Assembly: GCA_943704425.1 (NCBI GenBank)
Contig: CALSCP010000774.1
Location: 62,001-126,000, forward strand
Length of the DNA: 64,000 nt
Direction: 5' to 3'
Source of the DNA: Ministeria vibrans ATCC 50519
Lineage: Eukaryota; Protista; Filasterea
In this document: positions 14,691-29,833 of the stretch, in pieces
Position numbering within the stretch: the stretch's first letter is position 1
How the letters are laid out: each line of letters begins with the position of its first letter
Made by a program: the position numbers and the translations under genes
The notes under the pieces: model-generated
Database searches by the model: none
Told to the model about the DNA's origin: nothing
Seen by the model: only the letters and a program-made list of their open reading frames with translations

Positions 14691-16456
14691 GTACTACAAC
14701 AACAACAACAACGACCACGAGGGACGAAACTTCGACAACTCCTGCCCACTCGACCGGACTGGAGGCTCGCACGCAGGCAAGACGCGTCAAACTTGAGAGC
14801 CTCGAGTCGGCCAACGACGAACAAGTGGAAGCAGATGCACTCGAGCGTCTCGTGGACGATGCCATTGTTGAGCTGCTTCAGTGTGGTCGCATCGACGATA
14901 TGATGAGCTGTGCCAAGGACCTCAGCGAAATGGTCGACGCACTCGTCTCGTCCGCCTCCAAACTCATCCTCGAAATGCCCGACGATATGATTGCCGACGC
15001 AGATGGCGGCATGGACGCGTCCCATCGCGCGTCTCGCTCTCAGCTTCTGCGCGAAAGCCTTCAACGCCTCAGCCGCACCCTCAACGAAAACTTTCACAAG
15101 CTCCTTGTCGAGTTACGCGCCTCCCTCACTGGCGAATCTATTGACTCGGCGCCACTGTCCAACCTCAGTGCTGACGTCGCGTCTAGCGACAAACCCACGA
15201 CTCAGTTGCACGAGCAATCGTCCATCTCAGCGCCTTCCCTCTCCACCCATCCTTCTTCTGCTGCTGCCACTGCGGATAGTGCACCCGCCGCCGTGGTGCG
15301 AAGCCCCGAGCGTGAAGCTGAGGTGCAGACACTGGCAGCCACGTTTAAGGAGTCGTCGCGTGCTCTTGTCGACGAGGTGCGCCAGTGTGCCAAGCAGTGC
15401 ACCTTCTCGTCACGGCAGAGCCGTGCTGCCAGCCGAAAGGCACGTGCCAAGACCAACATGAGCCCACCAGCCAGTCGTACCCCGAAATCACCCAAGCCGC
15501 CGACCACACGCTCTACTCCCACCCTCAAATCACCCATTTCGTCGCCGGTCGCATCCACTTCGTTCCAACACGTCTCATCGCCTCTCGTCTCGCCCGCCGT
15601 TGCTGCCTCCGACCGCTTCAAGAGTCGTCCACAATCAGCTGGTTTTGCCTCGGCGCCCCTCAGCACCTCTGATCCTCTGCCACCGGACCATTTGCCTCTG
15701 CGCGCGACGCTCTCCGATCCGCCTCAAGAGGCCTTTCACGAGGCAGCCGTCATGAACAACTATTTTGGCATTGGTCTCGACGCCAAGATCATTCTCGACT
15801 TTCACAACCGTCGCGAGGCGCATCCCGAGAAGTTTCGCTCGCGCCTACGCAATCTTATGTGGATCGGTCTGCTGGGCGGTCGCGAAGTGGTCAGTCGCAC
15901 CTGCCGTGGTCTCCACGAAAAGATTGAGCTTTTTTGCGACGGCAAGAAGATCGATTTGCCGCGACTGCAAGGCATTGTCGTCCTCAACATTCCCAGCTAT
16001 GCTGGCGGCACCAATTTCTGGGGATCACCCGCCTCGGCCGATGGCTTTTCCATCCCCGCACAGGACGACCACATCATTGAGGTGATGGCCGTCTTTGGGG
16101 CGTCACAAATGGGCATGGTTCGCGTGGGTGTGCGCAACCGCACGGCACGCATTGCTCAGTGCCGCTCCCTCAAGATTCGCGTCCACAAGTCGACGCATGC
16201 CATTCCGGTGCAGGTTGATGGCGAGGCGTGGCTGCTCGACCCATGTACCATCAAGATCACACACAAGAACCGTGCGCGCATGCTTGCACGCGACAAGGTC
16301 TTCCAAGACATGCTCGCGTCGTGGGAGAAGAAGCAGCGCGAACTCAAGAAAGAACGCGAACTCTTTCCCCGTCGCTCCTCCGCTTTCGCTGCTGTGACCT
16401 CCCCCTTGTATCTCCAGCAATCTGCTTCCTTTGTTGACGGCCAGCGCGACGTCTGA
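11574..16456 (+). CDS. Type II diacylglycerol kinase (delta/eta-like: PH, two C1 domains, split catalytic domain)
   Basis: PH domain (EGSLKKY...WKRRHFSL...EMEGWIDAL), two C1 domains, LLVFVNPKSGGNQG, LACGGDGTIGW, VMNNYFGIGLDAKI, PVQVDGEAW. First exon (MDPSS...) is inferred from phase-consistent splicing. Confidence 0.92.
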
Positions 16457-16531
16457 GCGTATTGTATTAATTAGTATTAACCCACCATGAAAAAGAAAAG
16501 AAGAAACAAAACGTTCGTTTTGTCGTTGTAC

Positions 16532-18236
16532 TCAGACTTTGCATTGAAGAATTCCAGGACGCGCCCAAGAGCCAAGATAGACAAAGCCGTGGTCGTGAAT
16601 AGCACAAGCGGATGCGGACAGGAGCGCCCCATTGTGCACGAGCACAACCTCCTCCGCGTACGAGTCTGTCCGAGGATCGTACGTGATGCGAGTCATTCCG
16701 CTGTGCGCTGTCAGTGTCTCATCAATAGCATTTCCCGAAAGGGTAAATCCTTCAAGCAGGACAGGAATAGTACCCAGGGTCTTCAATAAGCAGGGTACAA
16801 GAAGCAAAAGAATCGGTGTTAGTATTGAGTATGCAAAGTGGAGGGGGGTTTACCCAGGTTGTGTCAGACTCCCTTTCAATATTGTCCGCTGCGTGCGTCA
16901 TGGAAATGGATCGGTCGAGTCTGAGTTTACCATTGTCGGAGTCGCGCCGCCAGACGGTAAGCTCGTGAAGGACGACATCATTGACAAGAAGACGGTCACC
17001 ATTGGCGCTCGAAGATATTCCGTTGGCCATGCCGAATCCGGTCTGTGAGGTGGTGCACGACGACGTTGACAAACCATCAGCAATCAGACGACAATGGTAC
17101 AAGACTGTGGTGCGTAGTCCAGTAAGAGCAGGAAGTTCGGCGGCATGTTGGAGCATCTCGATAGGTGTACGTGAACCGGCGCGTCCCGTCATCGGATCCG
17201 CAAAGGGCATATAACGCGTGACGTAGAGATCGTGCACAGCGCCATCTTTGCTGCCTGACTGAAGCACAACAAGATCGTTAAGAATACCCATGGCCTCCTT
17301 TTGGAACAGCGGCTCGACGATTTGTCCGACATGTGTCATGCTGATCAACAAGTTGTCTTCGTCGATGATTTTAAAAATCTACACGTAGAAGTAAGTGTGA
17401 GCGTCATTTCTATTTGCGCAGCTCTTTGCGTAGTAAGTGAGTGAGTGAGTGAGTGAGTGAGTGAGTGAGTGAATCAATGAGTGAGTGAATCAATGAGTGA
17501 GTGAATATGTGTCTTTGTGGTGTATATATATATATATATATATATATGTATCTCTCTTTGAGGGTGAGTGCGGGTTTCGCGTGGATTTCGTGTAGATTTC
17601 GGACTGTGGGTTTTGTGTGTGTTTCGTGTGGGTGGAGTGTTTAGTGTGTCTCTGAGTGTGTCTTGCCTCGATCCGCTCGCCTCCACGACCGTACGCGTGG
17701 TTCACGACATACAACAGGTCGAGATGTGCAGCATAAAAGAGTCCGTGAGGATGGAAGTCGACCTCAGGCATGCCAGAGATGCGCACCCGCTCAACATGTC
17801 CATCGGCAGTGCGCACCGCAAACAACGCACCGCTCGGCGTGTTCGCTGGGCCGTGCTCTGGCGACACCCAAACCTTTGCTCGGTCGTCCGTTCCAGTCAC
17901 ATACACTCCCTCGCGAACTCTCACAAGATCTTCGGCGCCAATAAGGTCCGGGGCAGTGAGAAGTTTACAGTTGTTGTCGTTGAGCGACACGACTAATGCA
18001 ACAAAGGAAAGCGAAACACAACACACACAATGTCAGCGAGGTTCCCCTTGCGCGTTCGTCCACGACTATCGACAAGGGGGAAAGGATACTCGCGCACGGG
18101 AGTCGCATATCTTATCTGGCTGTTGGGTTTCGCGGATAATACCAGTTTTGAGAATATCGGCACGAACAATGAGGAAGGTGTACATCCAGCTGGCGAAGAG
18201 GGCAACGAGCACACCAAAGACTGCCTTGCACCACAT
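16532..18236 (-). CDS. Paraoxonase/arylesterase-like beta-propeller with N-terminal signal anchor
   Basis: CKLL...GAEDL, DFHPHGL, LYVVNHAY, LNDLVV, MANGI, ADNIE, LGSW motifs and a hydrophobic N-terminus. Four exons, one GC-AG intron. Confidence 0.85.
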
Positions 18237-18569
18237 GGTTGATCCGCTCAAGGCACTGGAGGACTGGTTATACTCACAGTAAAATTAATATTAAAAATAC
18301 AACTTTTATTATTGTATTCTTTGTTGTTAATAATAAAAATTCATTTTAATATTTTGTCTCATTAATAAATGTGTTGTATTTTTCTTCTTCAATATTGTGT
18401 GCTCTTCTTCTTCTTCTTCTTCTTCTTCTTCTGTTACTACACTTGATAATTGAAATCAGTATAGTGACATAGAAGAGAGGTGGTAGTAAAGACATGAGTT
18501 CAAAACTGCTGTGCTGTTGCATCACCGTTTGTTTTATATTTTACTTAATTTGTATTATTATTGGTGCAA

Positions 18570-21792
<3,223 letters not shown>

Positions 21793-22056
21793 CTGGACGA
21801 ATGGAATCGTGTTCTTCCAGGGTTGGCGGGAGAGAGATAGTCAGATAGAGAGGAAAGACTGTGGTGACGACTAAGAATACAACCCATTTATTAATGATAC
21901 AGTCGACTATATTTTAGTGACTAAACAAGTTGTCACAACTATTAATTTTAATAATTCCTTTAGCACACGCATACCTTTACTAGTCGTGTGTGGTGTAGAC
22001 TGTAGTCGCCGACTGTACGCTGGTCTCTGGCCTGGCTGTCTGTTTAGAGCTCTTTG

Positions 22057-22560
22057 ATGTTCCGTGTCCACTTGTGCGACGGTTCGCCCGTTGTCAACGC
22101 ACACCGGGCGCCGCGAGGAGTTGCCGTCATGGCGACGGTGGGGCCTCTGAAGGATGCTGTGTGTGGAGCGAGTCTGCTGCATGTGGGTGTGTGCACAGGC
22201 TCGGGGCTGGTGTACAGCTTTGACGAGACGGGCTTCCACTGTGACCGTGACGGCTGGGAGCAGTCAGTTGTGAGCCAACTTGTCGACGATTCGCTGTCCG
22301 ACTCGTCGTTCTGTCTTGCTCTTGAACAGCATGACCGCGAGTGTCAAAGCAATCCGCTGATTGCACAGTACGACGACCCGTCAGAAAGCGCACTGCAAAC
22401 ATTTCACTGGTCGAACAACTGCTTTGACTACGTCGTCGATTTCTACCGCTCGCTCCTCCCATACGCACCATCTTCGGCCGACAAGCTTTCCTTTTGCGCC
22501 CTGGCCGTTGCTCCTGCCATATTTGCTGCCGAACACCACTATACGACCGGATACACCTAA
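22057..22560 (+). CDS. MKRN2OS: MKRN2OS/DUF4796-like protein
   Basis: Single exon. LHVGVCTGSGLVYSFDETGFHCDRDGWEQS and NNCFDYV...DKLSF resemble the recalled MKRN2OS LHVGIT...GVVYNY...GWEQS...NCYSY pattern. Confidence 0.72.
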   Translation: MFRVHLCDGSPVVNAHRAPRGVAVMATVGPLKDAVCGASLLHVGVCTGSGLVYSFDETGFHCDRDGWEQSVVSQLVDDSLSDSSFCLALEQHDRECQSNPLIAQYDDPSESALQTFHWSNNCFDYVVDFYRSLLPYAPSSADKLSFCALAVAPAIFAAEHHYTTGYT

Positions 22561-22668
22561 CTTGCACTGTACTCGACATTCTCTTTCGTCTATACCTATA
22601 TCTATCTCCCTCTGGCCACCCTTCTTTCGTGTATCCTTAACTGAAGAGGAAATATGTATAATGTAAGC

Positions 22669-24029
22669 TTACTGTACGTCTTGGCGGTCTTGCTCCTCCC
22701 CTTCGATGAGAAACGGGTCAATGTGGTTGCGAATATTGTGCAACAAGTCGGCACCTAAAGTGTTCCACGACAAAAATCCCGGTGCTACATGCCAAAAGAC
22801 CATTAGACAAACTGATTTAAGGCCGCAGTGTTCTGCTCACCTGCAAGTCCTATGCCCGTATCGCTCGAGTAACACTCGTGCCAAGTGCCCGTCGTCACAA
22901 TGTCCTGCGCCAGAGTGTGCACCAGTCGCGTGGCCAACTCAAGGGCACGCTCGTGCTCGCCATAGGCATTGAGCCCATACGCAATCATGGTGCCCGCATT
23001 GATCCAGACGGGACCGCGCCAGTTGGAATACGGTTTTATTATGTTCTCGTTGCTGTAGCGCGCGTCGGCGCTGCTTGTTGAACGTACACCCCACGCCGAC
23101 ATCATATCGTCACGCCACAACTCGCGTGCCACCTTGGCTGCCTGTGATGCGTTTGCTGTGCGTGCAAAGAGTGGCATGCCCATTAGATAGACGCGGTTAG
23201 CAATCTCCTGGTGGTTGTTGTCGCTGACGTTGAGAGCAATGTACGTGGCACTCCGTTCGCTCCACAGGTGCGTCTCAAGAGCCTTTGCAACACGCTCGGC
23301 AGCATGGCGAGCCTCCTCGGCCGCTTTGCTGTCGCCCCAAGCACGCAAAAACTTGGCGAAAGCGAGGTACTCGCGATGTAGAAAGGCCATGACGTCGGCC
23401 GACACCAACGTATAGCTGTCCGAATCCGCCCAGCAGGGCGACAGAGAAGATGGACATTGGGAGGTGACCAGATTATCAGCACCCGTCTCAAGCTGATCGT
23501 GCCACACGTGCAGGCCGGTAGAGGCAACGCGGCGCGGCCGTCGTTCCCAATAGGCGAGGAGCGCTTCCATTTGCCCTCGAAATGTCTCAAAGGAGCGCAG
23601 AGCGGCCGCGTCGCCCTGCGCCGATAGAAAAGCGCCTTGGATGATAATTGGCTTGGCATGGTACAACGTCGGCGAGGCGCCCGACGGCGTGAGGCAGCCC
23701 TTCACGTCGCCCGTCGACGTGTTGGTGAGCGCCAGGAAGTTCATCATGGAACCGCGGAAGTACTCGCGCGAACCGAATCCCTCAGTGGCCACACCCAAAA
23801 ACACCGAATCCCAGTCCCACAGCTGATCGTACGGGCCCGCCGGCACCTGATACGGATACTGCAGCATCCCAGAAGCGTTTCGAAATGTTTCCGACGAATG
23901 TTTCGCCACATACGCCTTGACAATCGCCTCATCGTCATTGCCGGCCGTGCTGGGAGACCTTCCTGCAGCAGCATTCACCCCCAGTGCTACCAATGAGACC
24001 CACACAATAATCGATTGTATTCCTCTCAT
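22669..24029 (-). CDS. Secreted (alpha/alpha)6 glycoside hydrolase, GH63/trehalase-like
   Basis: Signal peptide, PAGPYDQLWDWDS, DQLETGADN, WGVRSTS, SNWRGPVWIN, WHECYSSDTG. One short 3' intron; final exon PGFLSWN...DVQ*. Confidence 0.85.
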
Positions 24030-24157
24030 GATTGTATTCCTCTCATGCGCGAACGAAACAAAAGAATGATCAAAAATCAAAAAATTAATATAATAACAAT
24101 AAAAAATATAAAAATAATTATTATTATAATTATCATAATAATTATTTTTATTAATAT

Positions 24158-24202
<45 letters not shown>

Positions 24203-24353
24203 TTATATTAATTTATATTAATTTATTATTATTATATTTATTATATTGTTGTGATTTTTGTCTGGTAACTGGTAACTCGTACTCGTTTATTCTCCACAAT
24301 TTTTTTTATCTCCTCACTCCATCTTCGCATTTGGTGACTCGGTAGAGACTTGA

Positions 24354-25499
24354 CTACTTTCGCTTCTTGGTGGCAACGACCCAGCCGTCGGCGTCGGGAG
24401 CCGCTGCAGGTGATCTCGGCTGTTGCTGGCGGCGTCCACTGTTGCCCGCTTGATCGCTCCTCCATGCACCAGCACCACCAACACCACCACCGGCACCAGC
24501 ACCACCGCCACCACCACCGGCGGTGGGAGTGGTGCTGCCCCACGGGTTTACATTGCTGCTCGTGGGCGAAGGAGAAGGCGAAGCGGGCGCGCCACCGCCA
24601 CTTCCACGGGAGCCATCGCGACGCCATCTTGAAGAGTCAGTGGCGCCTGCTTGAGCGACGCCTGTCGGGGCGTTCGCACGCGGCTGGCTGAGGTCGTCGG
24701 CTGCGGCAGAGGGGTCGAGGAGATGACGCGCGGCACTCAGGAGGAAGTTGCGCTCCTTGAGACGCATCTGTCCCTCAAAGTAGGTGTGGACGGCAGTGAG
24801 GAATGCCTCGAGGTTCGCCAGCGACAGGAAACGGCAGTGTACAAGGAAGAGGACAAACTGTAGGCGCATCGCGTGGCTAATGTCGGGGCGCGACGAGATG
24901 TCGGCACGCAGAAGGTTGTCAAAGGCATGCACAAACAACGACGGCATGTGGTGCTTCTCGATCGTGTCCTTTTCCATCTCCATGCGCGCCTCAAAGAAAC
25001 TCAGGCCGCACGTCTCGCTGTGACCCACTCGATCGGGAAAATGACAGTAGGCGTCGCGTTCAAACTGGGTGCCGGCATCGCCGTCGAGCACGCGCACGAA
25101 CAGATGGCAGGCGTACGTCTGCAGCTTCTCGTTCCAGTCGCACGAGTAGACGTACGCCGAGTAGGGATCGGCGGCGGGCGGCGCAATGCCAACCTCCTCG
25201 AGGAACTCTCGTTGGAAGGCGCCGTAGAACGACTCGTCCGTGTCGCGGTGGCACTCCCCGCCCACAAACACATGCCGACCCTCCGTCCAGCGCGACACAA
25301 GACACACCTTGACGCAGTCGGGCCGCTCTGGGTACGTGGCGACGGGCACCTCGCTCACGTTGTTCGGATTGATAATCACTGTGCCGAAACACCGCGCCTT
25401 GTTCTTCTCCGGCGCCACCCCCGTGTCCTCGTTCTTCTTAAACGTCACCCAGCTCGCCTCCAGCTCCTCCGGCGACAGTCGCTTCATCCACGGTGCCAT
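24354..25499 (-). CDS. NUDIX hydrolase, NUDT16-like, with disordered Gly/Pro-rich tail
   Basis: Intronless 381 aa ORF with Nudix box GGECHRDTDESFYGAFQREFLEEVG. Upstream SRWTEGRHVFVGG and downstream HSETCG resemble NUDT16 (RFDGRLGFPGG, HGLEVLG). Confidence 0.7.
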   Translation of the reverse strand: MAPWMKRLSPEELEASWVTFKKNEDTGVAPEKNKARCFGTVIINPNNVSEVPVATYPERPDCVKVCLVSRWTEGRHVFVGGECHRDTDESFYGAFQREFLEEVGIAPPAADPYSAYVYSCDWNEKLQTYACHLFVRVLDGDAGTQFERDAYCHFPDRVGHSETCGLSFFEARMEMEKDTIEKHHMPSLFVHAFDNLLRADISSRPDISHAMRLQFVLFLVHCRFLSLANLEAFLTAVHTYFEGQMRLKERNFLLSAARHLLDPSAAADDLSQPRANAPTGVAQAGATDSSRWRRDGSRGSGGGAPASPSPSPTSSNVNPWGSTTPTAGGGGGGAGAGGGVGGAGAWRSDQAGNSGRRQQQPRSPAAAPDADGWVVATKKRK

Positions 25500-25926
25500 T
25501 TTTCAATTCTTTTTTTTTTCTTTCCTTGTGAAAAAAAATATTCTTGTGAAAAATCAGTGATTGAAAAATTAAATTTTCAATCAAGTGATGATATGTCTCA
25601 TGTCTGATCAGTGATCACTGCCCAGTGTCTACTGTCCAGTGATGTAGTGATGTCTATTTATTGTCTGTGATTACTGATGGGGCAGTGGTCGGCTCACTCG
25701 GCTGGTCGCTGGTGTCAGATGTGTCATGAGTAAGAAATGAGTCCCCGTGTCAGTGGTTCTGTCAGTGATCAGTCCGATCGCCAGTCGGCACTTCCCAACG
25801 CCACCCGCTCTGGCCACTCACTTTCAAGATAGTTACAAAAACGCAGTACTCCACAATCCAGATATGAGACATATGGAGTCAAGGTAGAATAACACACCAC
25901 TTTACAATACACAATACACAAGTGTC

Positions 25927-26273
25927 TTATTTCGACGACTCGCCCGATGAAGCTTGGTAATCAATCACTTCTGGTACAGTCAGACCCACGCGTCGAGCGG
26001 CAGCTTGCGTCTGCAACCACAAAACCACAACGTGAGCACATTGTCAATCCGAAACGTCTCTCTTACTCGTTCGGCCGTTGTCATCCCCTGCTCTCCACGA
26101 TACTTATCCACCAACTCTGCATGCTCACGGCCGTACTTTAAGAGTGACGCCCATTCTCCCATCAGCGCTGGCGTGGTCTGCAGTTGCGAAAAGAACGCTC
26201 CGAAATACTTAACGCCAGTTGTGGTCTGCTGCTTCCCAATCTCGCTCAAGACCGTCTTGAGGCTTGCCGACAT
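25927..26273 (-). CDS. FMC1: FMC1-like mitochondrial ATP synthase assembly factor
   Basis: Two exons splice to ...LLKYGREHAELVDKYRGEQGMTTAER|TQAAARRVGLTVPE...SSK*, matching the Fmc1 C-terminal ELLERY...ARRVGLxxP pattern. The six-frame ORF track misses the splice. Confidence 0.75.
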
Positions 26274-26459
26274 AGTCAAGTTCCAGATCGTACAAAAGAG
26301 GGTGAAAAAAAAACTTGAAAAAGTCTCATAAGTCATAACTCATTGTGCGTTGAGTCGAATGGCTATTAGTATTATAAGATTAATAGTCAGGACTCAAGCC
26401 AAATTATTTTTTATTTTGTGATACGTCGTACATCACGCGATCAAAGTGTTCAAATATCA

Positions 26460-27450
26460 ATGGAGGAGAGTCACGTTTCGGAGATTTCAATGGGGGAAAA
26501 GGACACGGCAACGCTTGTGCACAAAATCCCCAAGCGACTCACTGAGGAGATCGCGTATGCTGCCAAGCATCTCCTTGACTTTACAGTGTCTCCAACCGGA
26601 GCGGGTCCCGGCATCGACGAAGTCATCCCGCCCGCGGTTGTCGCGAGTGCCCGGTATGTCCAAGTCGCCCGTTCGATGAACTTATTGGATTCACTTGTAG
26701 CGGAATCGTGATTATGCACATGGGCAAGGTTGGCCTGGTCTTTACTGGGAGTGGTGGTGCGGGTGTGGCCCTGGCGCGACTCAAGGACGGCTCGTGGTCT
26801 TATCCCATGTTTTTTGGCGCCTCATCCATTGGTGAGTGTTTTGAGTCAGCCACTCTGTCTCACCTCATCCTCTCTCTCTCTCTCTATCACTTTGTTTCTT
26901 TCTCCCCCCCCCCCCCCCCCTCTCTCTCTCTCCCTCTCTCTCAGGCTTTGGCTTTGATCTAGGTGTCGAGTACACACATCACATTATTGTGTTGCAGACA
27001 GACGCTGCCGTCAGGGCTTTCTTCGCAGGAGCCGACACGGGTCTGGCGGCCAACCTGAGTGCAGCGGCTGGTCCAATCGGACGCGCACTGCAGGCAGACT
27101 ACTCGGTAATGGGGAACACGGCAATGCTGCACTGGAGCAAGAGCAAAGGATTGTTTGTGGGTGCGACCGTTGACTTGCGTGCAGTCAAGGTGCGCAACGG
27201 CGACAACGTTTCATTCTACGGCGTGCCTGAGGCGGGCAAGGCGTCCGCCTTCGTCGAGGGCAAGGTCGAGCCGCTGACCAAGGCGGTGGAGGCTGCGCAG
27301 CCATTGATGGACGCACTGAACCAAGTCATGGTGGACGCAACGGTGCGCCAGTTGGAAATGGAAGGGAGTACGCTTGGTGCAACCACCGCCGAGGAAATTG
27401 CACTGGGCGAACGGGCTGATGAGCTCTTGCACGCACAAACCGAAGAGTAG
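26460..27450 (+). CDS. SYLF (Ysc84/SH3YL1-like) domain protein without SH3
   Basis: IPPAVVASAR, KVGLVFTGSGGAGVALARLKDGSWSYP, GFDLGVE, SAAAGPIGR, SKSKGLFVG, NVSFYG. Three exons. Confidence 0.88.
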
Positions 27451-27720
27451 ATTGTAAATTTACTATGGTTGATGTCAGTTGTAGTAAACGTAGTGATTCT
27501 AACTAAGTTAATATCAACAACAGTGGGATGTTCTGTTGTGTCGGCGATTCGTTTTTCGTAGTTACAATAACTCTTAATATTAATATTAATTTTCATTCTT
27601 TTATTATTGTTATTCAAATTGGTTAGTATAATGATGATGATTAAATAATTGTATTAGTATTAAAATTATTTTTTACACTTATTTTCATTTTTCAATCAGT
27701 TTTTCCTTTCCTTTTGAAAA

Positions 27721-28256
27721 ATGAAATATTTCGCTGTGCTTGTCATCGCACTCGTTGCAACTCCACCCGTAGCGGCCATATGGCCATTCCGTGATACCCC
27801 GCTGGAGACGCCCCCCGACACCACTGTCGACGCGCAGTCTATTCGTGTCAACAAAGCAAAACTTACGCCCGTACGATTCGATCTGGGCCTCTGGAACGGC
27901 GGATCGGTCGTCGAAGAGGCCGGTCGTCATGTGGACTCTCTCGATGGCTGCGAGCGTCAGGTAACAAGATAAAAATCAATCATGAGATATCAATTCAACG
28001 TCGTGAAACGTTGATTATTGTGTTGTGTTTTATGATCAGGCGCTCTCGATCTTGGGTTCCTCTTGTCGCGATGCAGGTGAAGATTCCATGAATCGTTTTG
28101 CTCTTGCTCTATACAACTGTCAGGCGCAACGCGACAATAAAGTAATGATAAGAAAATTTTTCGCGCGAGTTTCAAAAATGTGACACAAATGCAAAAAAAA
28201 ATAATTGAAAAAAATATTAAAATTAATAATAATATTAATTATAATAAAAATATAAA

Positions 28257-28311
<55 letters not shown>

Positions 28312-29833
28312 CTGTATCATTATTAAATGGGTTGTATTCTTCTTCTTCTTCTTCTTCTAATTAATAAATGGGTTGTATCTAATTAATATTATTATTATTA
28401 TATTAATACAAACTGATTTGCTGCTTAGAATGTCTTTCCTTGCTCTCCAAGTGATTCAATGTCAACGTGCACGTCGCCAATGGACCGTGTCGACTACCTT
28501 GCCTATTTGGTTGTCGCCAACAAGGCGCGCAGCATTTGCTTCTTTATTCAACACGATGCGTTTCGCGCCGAAACGGAAACTTCCGTAGCCGCACTCCAGA
28601 CGGCTACCTCCGACCAGATTATGTCGTTGCTTCAACTTCAACGTAGTACGGACTCAGTCCTTCACCAATCTCACCGAGTGGGCGCACAGTTGACAAACGT
28701 GTCTCGCGCGCAAACGCTTCTCTTCGACAATCAGGCTCAGCTGGCAAGCGTTCACGAACAACACATTGATCGTGTCCTTAACAGCACTCTTGACCTGGAA
28801 AATCATGCTCGCCAGTAATAATGATATTAATTATACTAATCAATATAATTATTTTGTTGCAGAGCACCACACAGACAAGAATGAATAATAATGATAATTA
28901 GAGACTGATCAAAAAACAACTGTATTATTCTGTTATTGCTCGATATCGAGTGGTTATCTGGGCCTGATAGCCCGTTTTTTTCACTTTCTTTTGCCCCGTT
29001 GATCACCCATTTTGGTGCACAACTTCCACTTCTCGCTTACGTTCCAAAATCCCCTCTTTGTTTTAATTTTTTTGAATTTTGATCACTCTCTATAAATAAT
29101 AATAATAATAATCTTAAAACTCTTTTTCTGTTGCAGTGTCCAATCCGATCTCATGGCCGCGTCGAAGACTCTCCACACTATCAATGCGACTCTATCGCTT
29201 CTTCTCGGATTTGCACAACTTGTGGATCACCGTCTCGATGACTTGGTGGTCATTAACAACGGTGTTGTGTCCACCTCACTCAAAATTGCGGTGTTTGTTT
29301 CGCTCTTCCAACATGCCGTTATTTTTGTGCTTCTCACCATGGTATTTTCGTTGCTGGACCTGCGCCCTACTCGCGCTGGACGTTGGCTTGCTCTTCTTGT
29401 ACTGCTGTGTCACTGTCTTGCCGTTGAGCTGCAGTTTGTCCGCGCACCCCTTGGCTCACAGTCTCTAACCCTCCTCGGGGCACTCTCATTTGCGCTGCCC
29501 TCTTTGCGCCGTGTTTCACCCTCACAACGTGTCGGGTTGAGCACTCATGTCGATGATCTGCATACTCAAGCATCACCACCTTCCTACGTCGACTTGTATC
29601 CCTCAAAGTCAAGTGCAGTGCAGTCATATCATTCTCAACGTCCGTCCCCGAGCACTCGAATGGTGTCACTAGCCGAGCGGCCCCACGCCCCGCCACGACA
29701 CCCCCGTACTGCACGTGCCGTTCCTCAATCAAACACCCGCATCCTTGCAGTTCGACCAGCAACGCACAATGGCACGACACCGTCCATCCGGGTCCTCTCT
29801 GCCCCCGCGCGACTGTCAATTGCAGTTAAATAA
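27721..29833 (+). CDS. Brambleberry/GEX1/KAR5-family nuclear membrane fusion protein
   Basis: Signal peptide, Cys-rich domain (DGC...SSC...RFALALYNCQ...FPC...STCTSPMD...AYLVVANKARSICF...FR), coiled-coil, C-terminal TM segments. Four phase-consistent exons. Confidence 0.85.

Noticed and set aside
3261-18236. NTE plus paraoxonase as an organophosphate-related cluster
   Set aside because: They are separated by unrelated genes and share no evident regulation; likely coincidence.
25980-26336. Unspliced 118-aa ORF, superficially ATP synthase subunit g-like
   Set aside because: Splicing out a short intron gives a better FMC1-like C-terminus.
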